A DNA stretch of 32,000 bases from Geotalea uraniireducens Rf4 (GTDB lineage: Bacteria > Desulfobacterota > Desulfuromonadia > Geobacterales > Geobacteraceae), in assembly GCF_000016745.1 (NCBI RefSeq), contig NC_009483.1:1830001-1862000 (forward strand). The letters are read 5' to 3'. The translations under genes and the position numbers were made by a program. The notes under the pieces are model-generated. The model made no database searches. It was not told where the DNA came from and saw only the letters and a program-made list of their open reading frames with translations. The number at the start of each line of letters is the position of its first letter. Within the stretch, counting starts at the first letter, position 1. Below are positions 31,697-32,000 of this stretch, in pieces.

Positions 31697-32000
31697 ATGG
31701 ACGCAGCGAGAGAAATATACTGGAACGTAGGGCACGGGGTGATAGGGCCGATGTACCTCTTTTCTTTGATCGCCATCGCCCTCTGTGGATGGGGTTTTTA
31801 CAAAAGGACACCGATTTACCGCCAGGGGAAGCCGCTAGACCGCCTGGACCGGCTGCCGGAGAAGATTGCCTTTATGGCAAAGAGCGTACTGGCCCAGACT
31901 CGGGTTCTGCGGGTCGTCAACCCCGGGATTTTGCATACCCTCTTTTTCTGGGGGTTCGGTATCCTGTTCATCGGCACCCTGCTCGTCATGGTCCAGGCTG
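31697..32000 (+). CDS. Membrane-anchored oxidoreductase, N-terminal fragment (likely Fe-S/heterodisulfide-reductase-like enzyme of the ETF-linked type); continues beyond the right edge
   Basis: Absent from the ORF track because there is no stop in the window. The translation is MDAAREIYWNVGHGVIGPMYLFSLIAIALCGWGFYKRTPIYRQGKPLDRLDRLPEKIAFMAKSVLAQTRVLRVVNPGILHTLFFWGFGILFIGTLLVMVQA. It contains two clear transmembrane helices. The functional call rests on recollection of similar N-termini next to etf genes in Geobacter/Syntrophus. Confidence 0.5.
   Translation, partial: MDAAREIYWNVGHGVIGPMYLFSLIAIALCGWGFYKRTPIYRQGKPLDRLDRLPEKIAFMAKSVLAQTRVLRVVNPGILHTLFFWGFGILFIGTLLVMVQA

Noticed and set aside
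1-32000. Scan for CRISPR arrays, rRNA or tRNA genes, and known defence-system gene signatures
   Set aside because: I saw no regularly spaced direct repeats, no rRNA- or tRNA-like sequences, and no nuclease, helicase or restriction-type gene sets. The repeats present are palindromic REP/MITE-type elements.

Overview
This is a chromosomal segment with Geobacteraceae-like content. All calls come from motif recognition and reading the sequence by eye; no homology search was run.

Left third (1-12.5 kb), housekeeping genes: a PhoB/PhoR-like two-component pair, an acyl-CoA ligase, an M24 peptidase, the eukaryotic-type citrate synthase typical of Geobacter, an AMMECR1 protein, an aldehyde dehydrogenase, a small Ala/Pro-rich lipoprotein, ndk, rlmN, MTA phosphorylase and a DUF815 ATPase.

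Middle (12.6-16.3 kb), accessory patch:
- a 165-bp foldback MITE;
- an intact IS701-family insertion sequence with perfect 22-bp inverted repeats and a TTGA duplication;
- a visibly lower-GC islet encoding a zinc-ribbon peptide, a PmtA-like SAM methyltransferase, an SCP2 lipid-binding protein and a ribbon-helix-helix (RHH) protein.

Right half (16.3-32 kb), a large lipid-catabolism locus:
- fadL, divergent from a nine-gene co-directional operon: long-chain acyl-CoA synthetase, Bacillus-type fadN-fadA-fadE, an MBL-fold hydrolase, fadH, a secreted CHI-fold protein, an alpha/beta hydrolase and an ECI-like crotonase;
- then a MerR-family regulator, divergent from a membrane Fe-S oxidoreductase gene.

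Most interesting signal: one conserved palindromic operator, TACTTGACAT-NN-ACGTYAAG, sits on the -35 element of three promoters (fadL, the fad operon and the Fe-S oxidoreductase gene next to the MerR gene). This suggests a MerR/LiuR-like lipid-degradation regulon.

Other notable signals:
- two 138-bp nested-palindrome repeats (about 94% identical) plus related REP-like hairpins;
- two perfect DnaA boxes and a Pho box in the 620-bp phoB/acyl-CoA-ligase intergenic region;
- an alpha/beta hydrolase whose conserved N-terminus has no canonical start codon.
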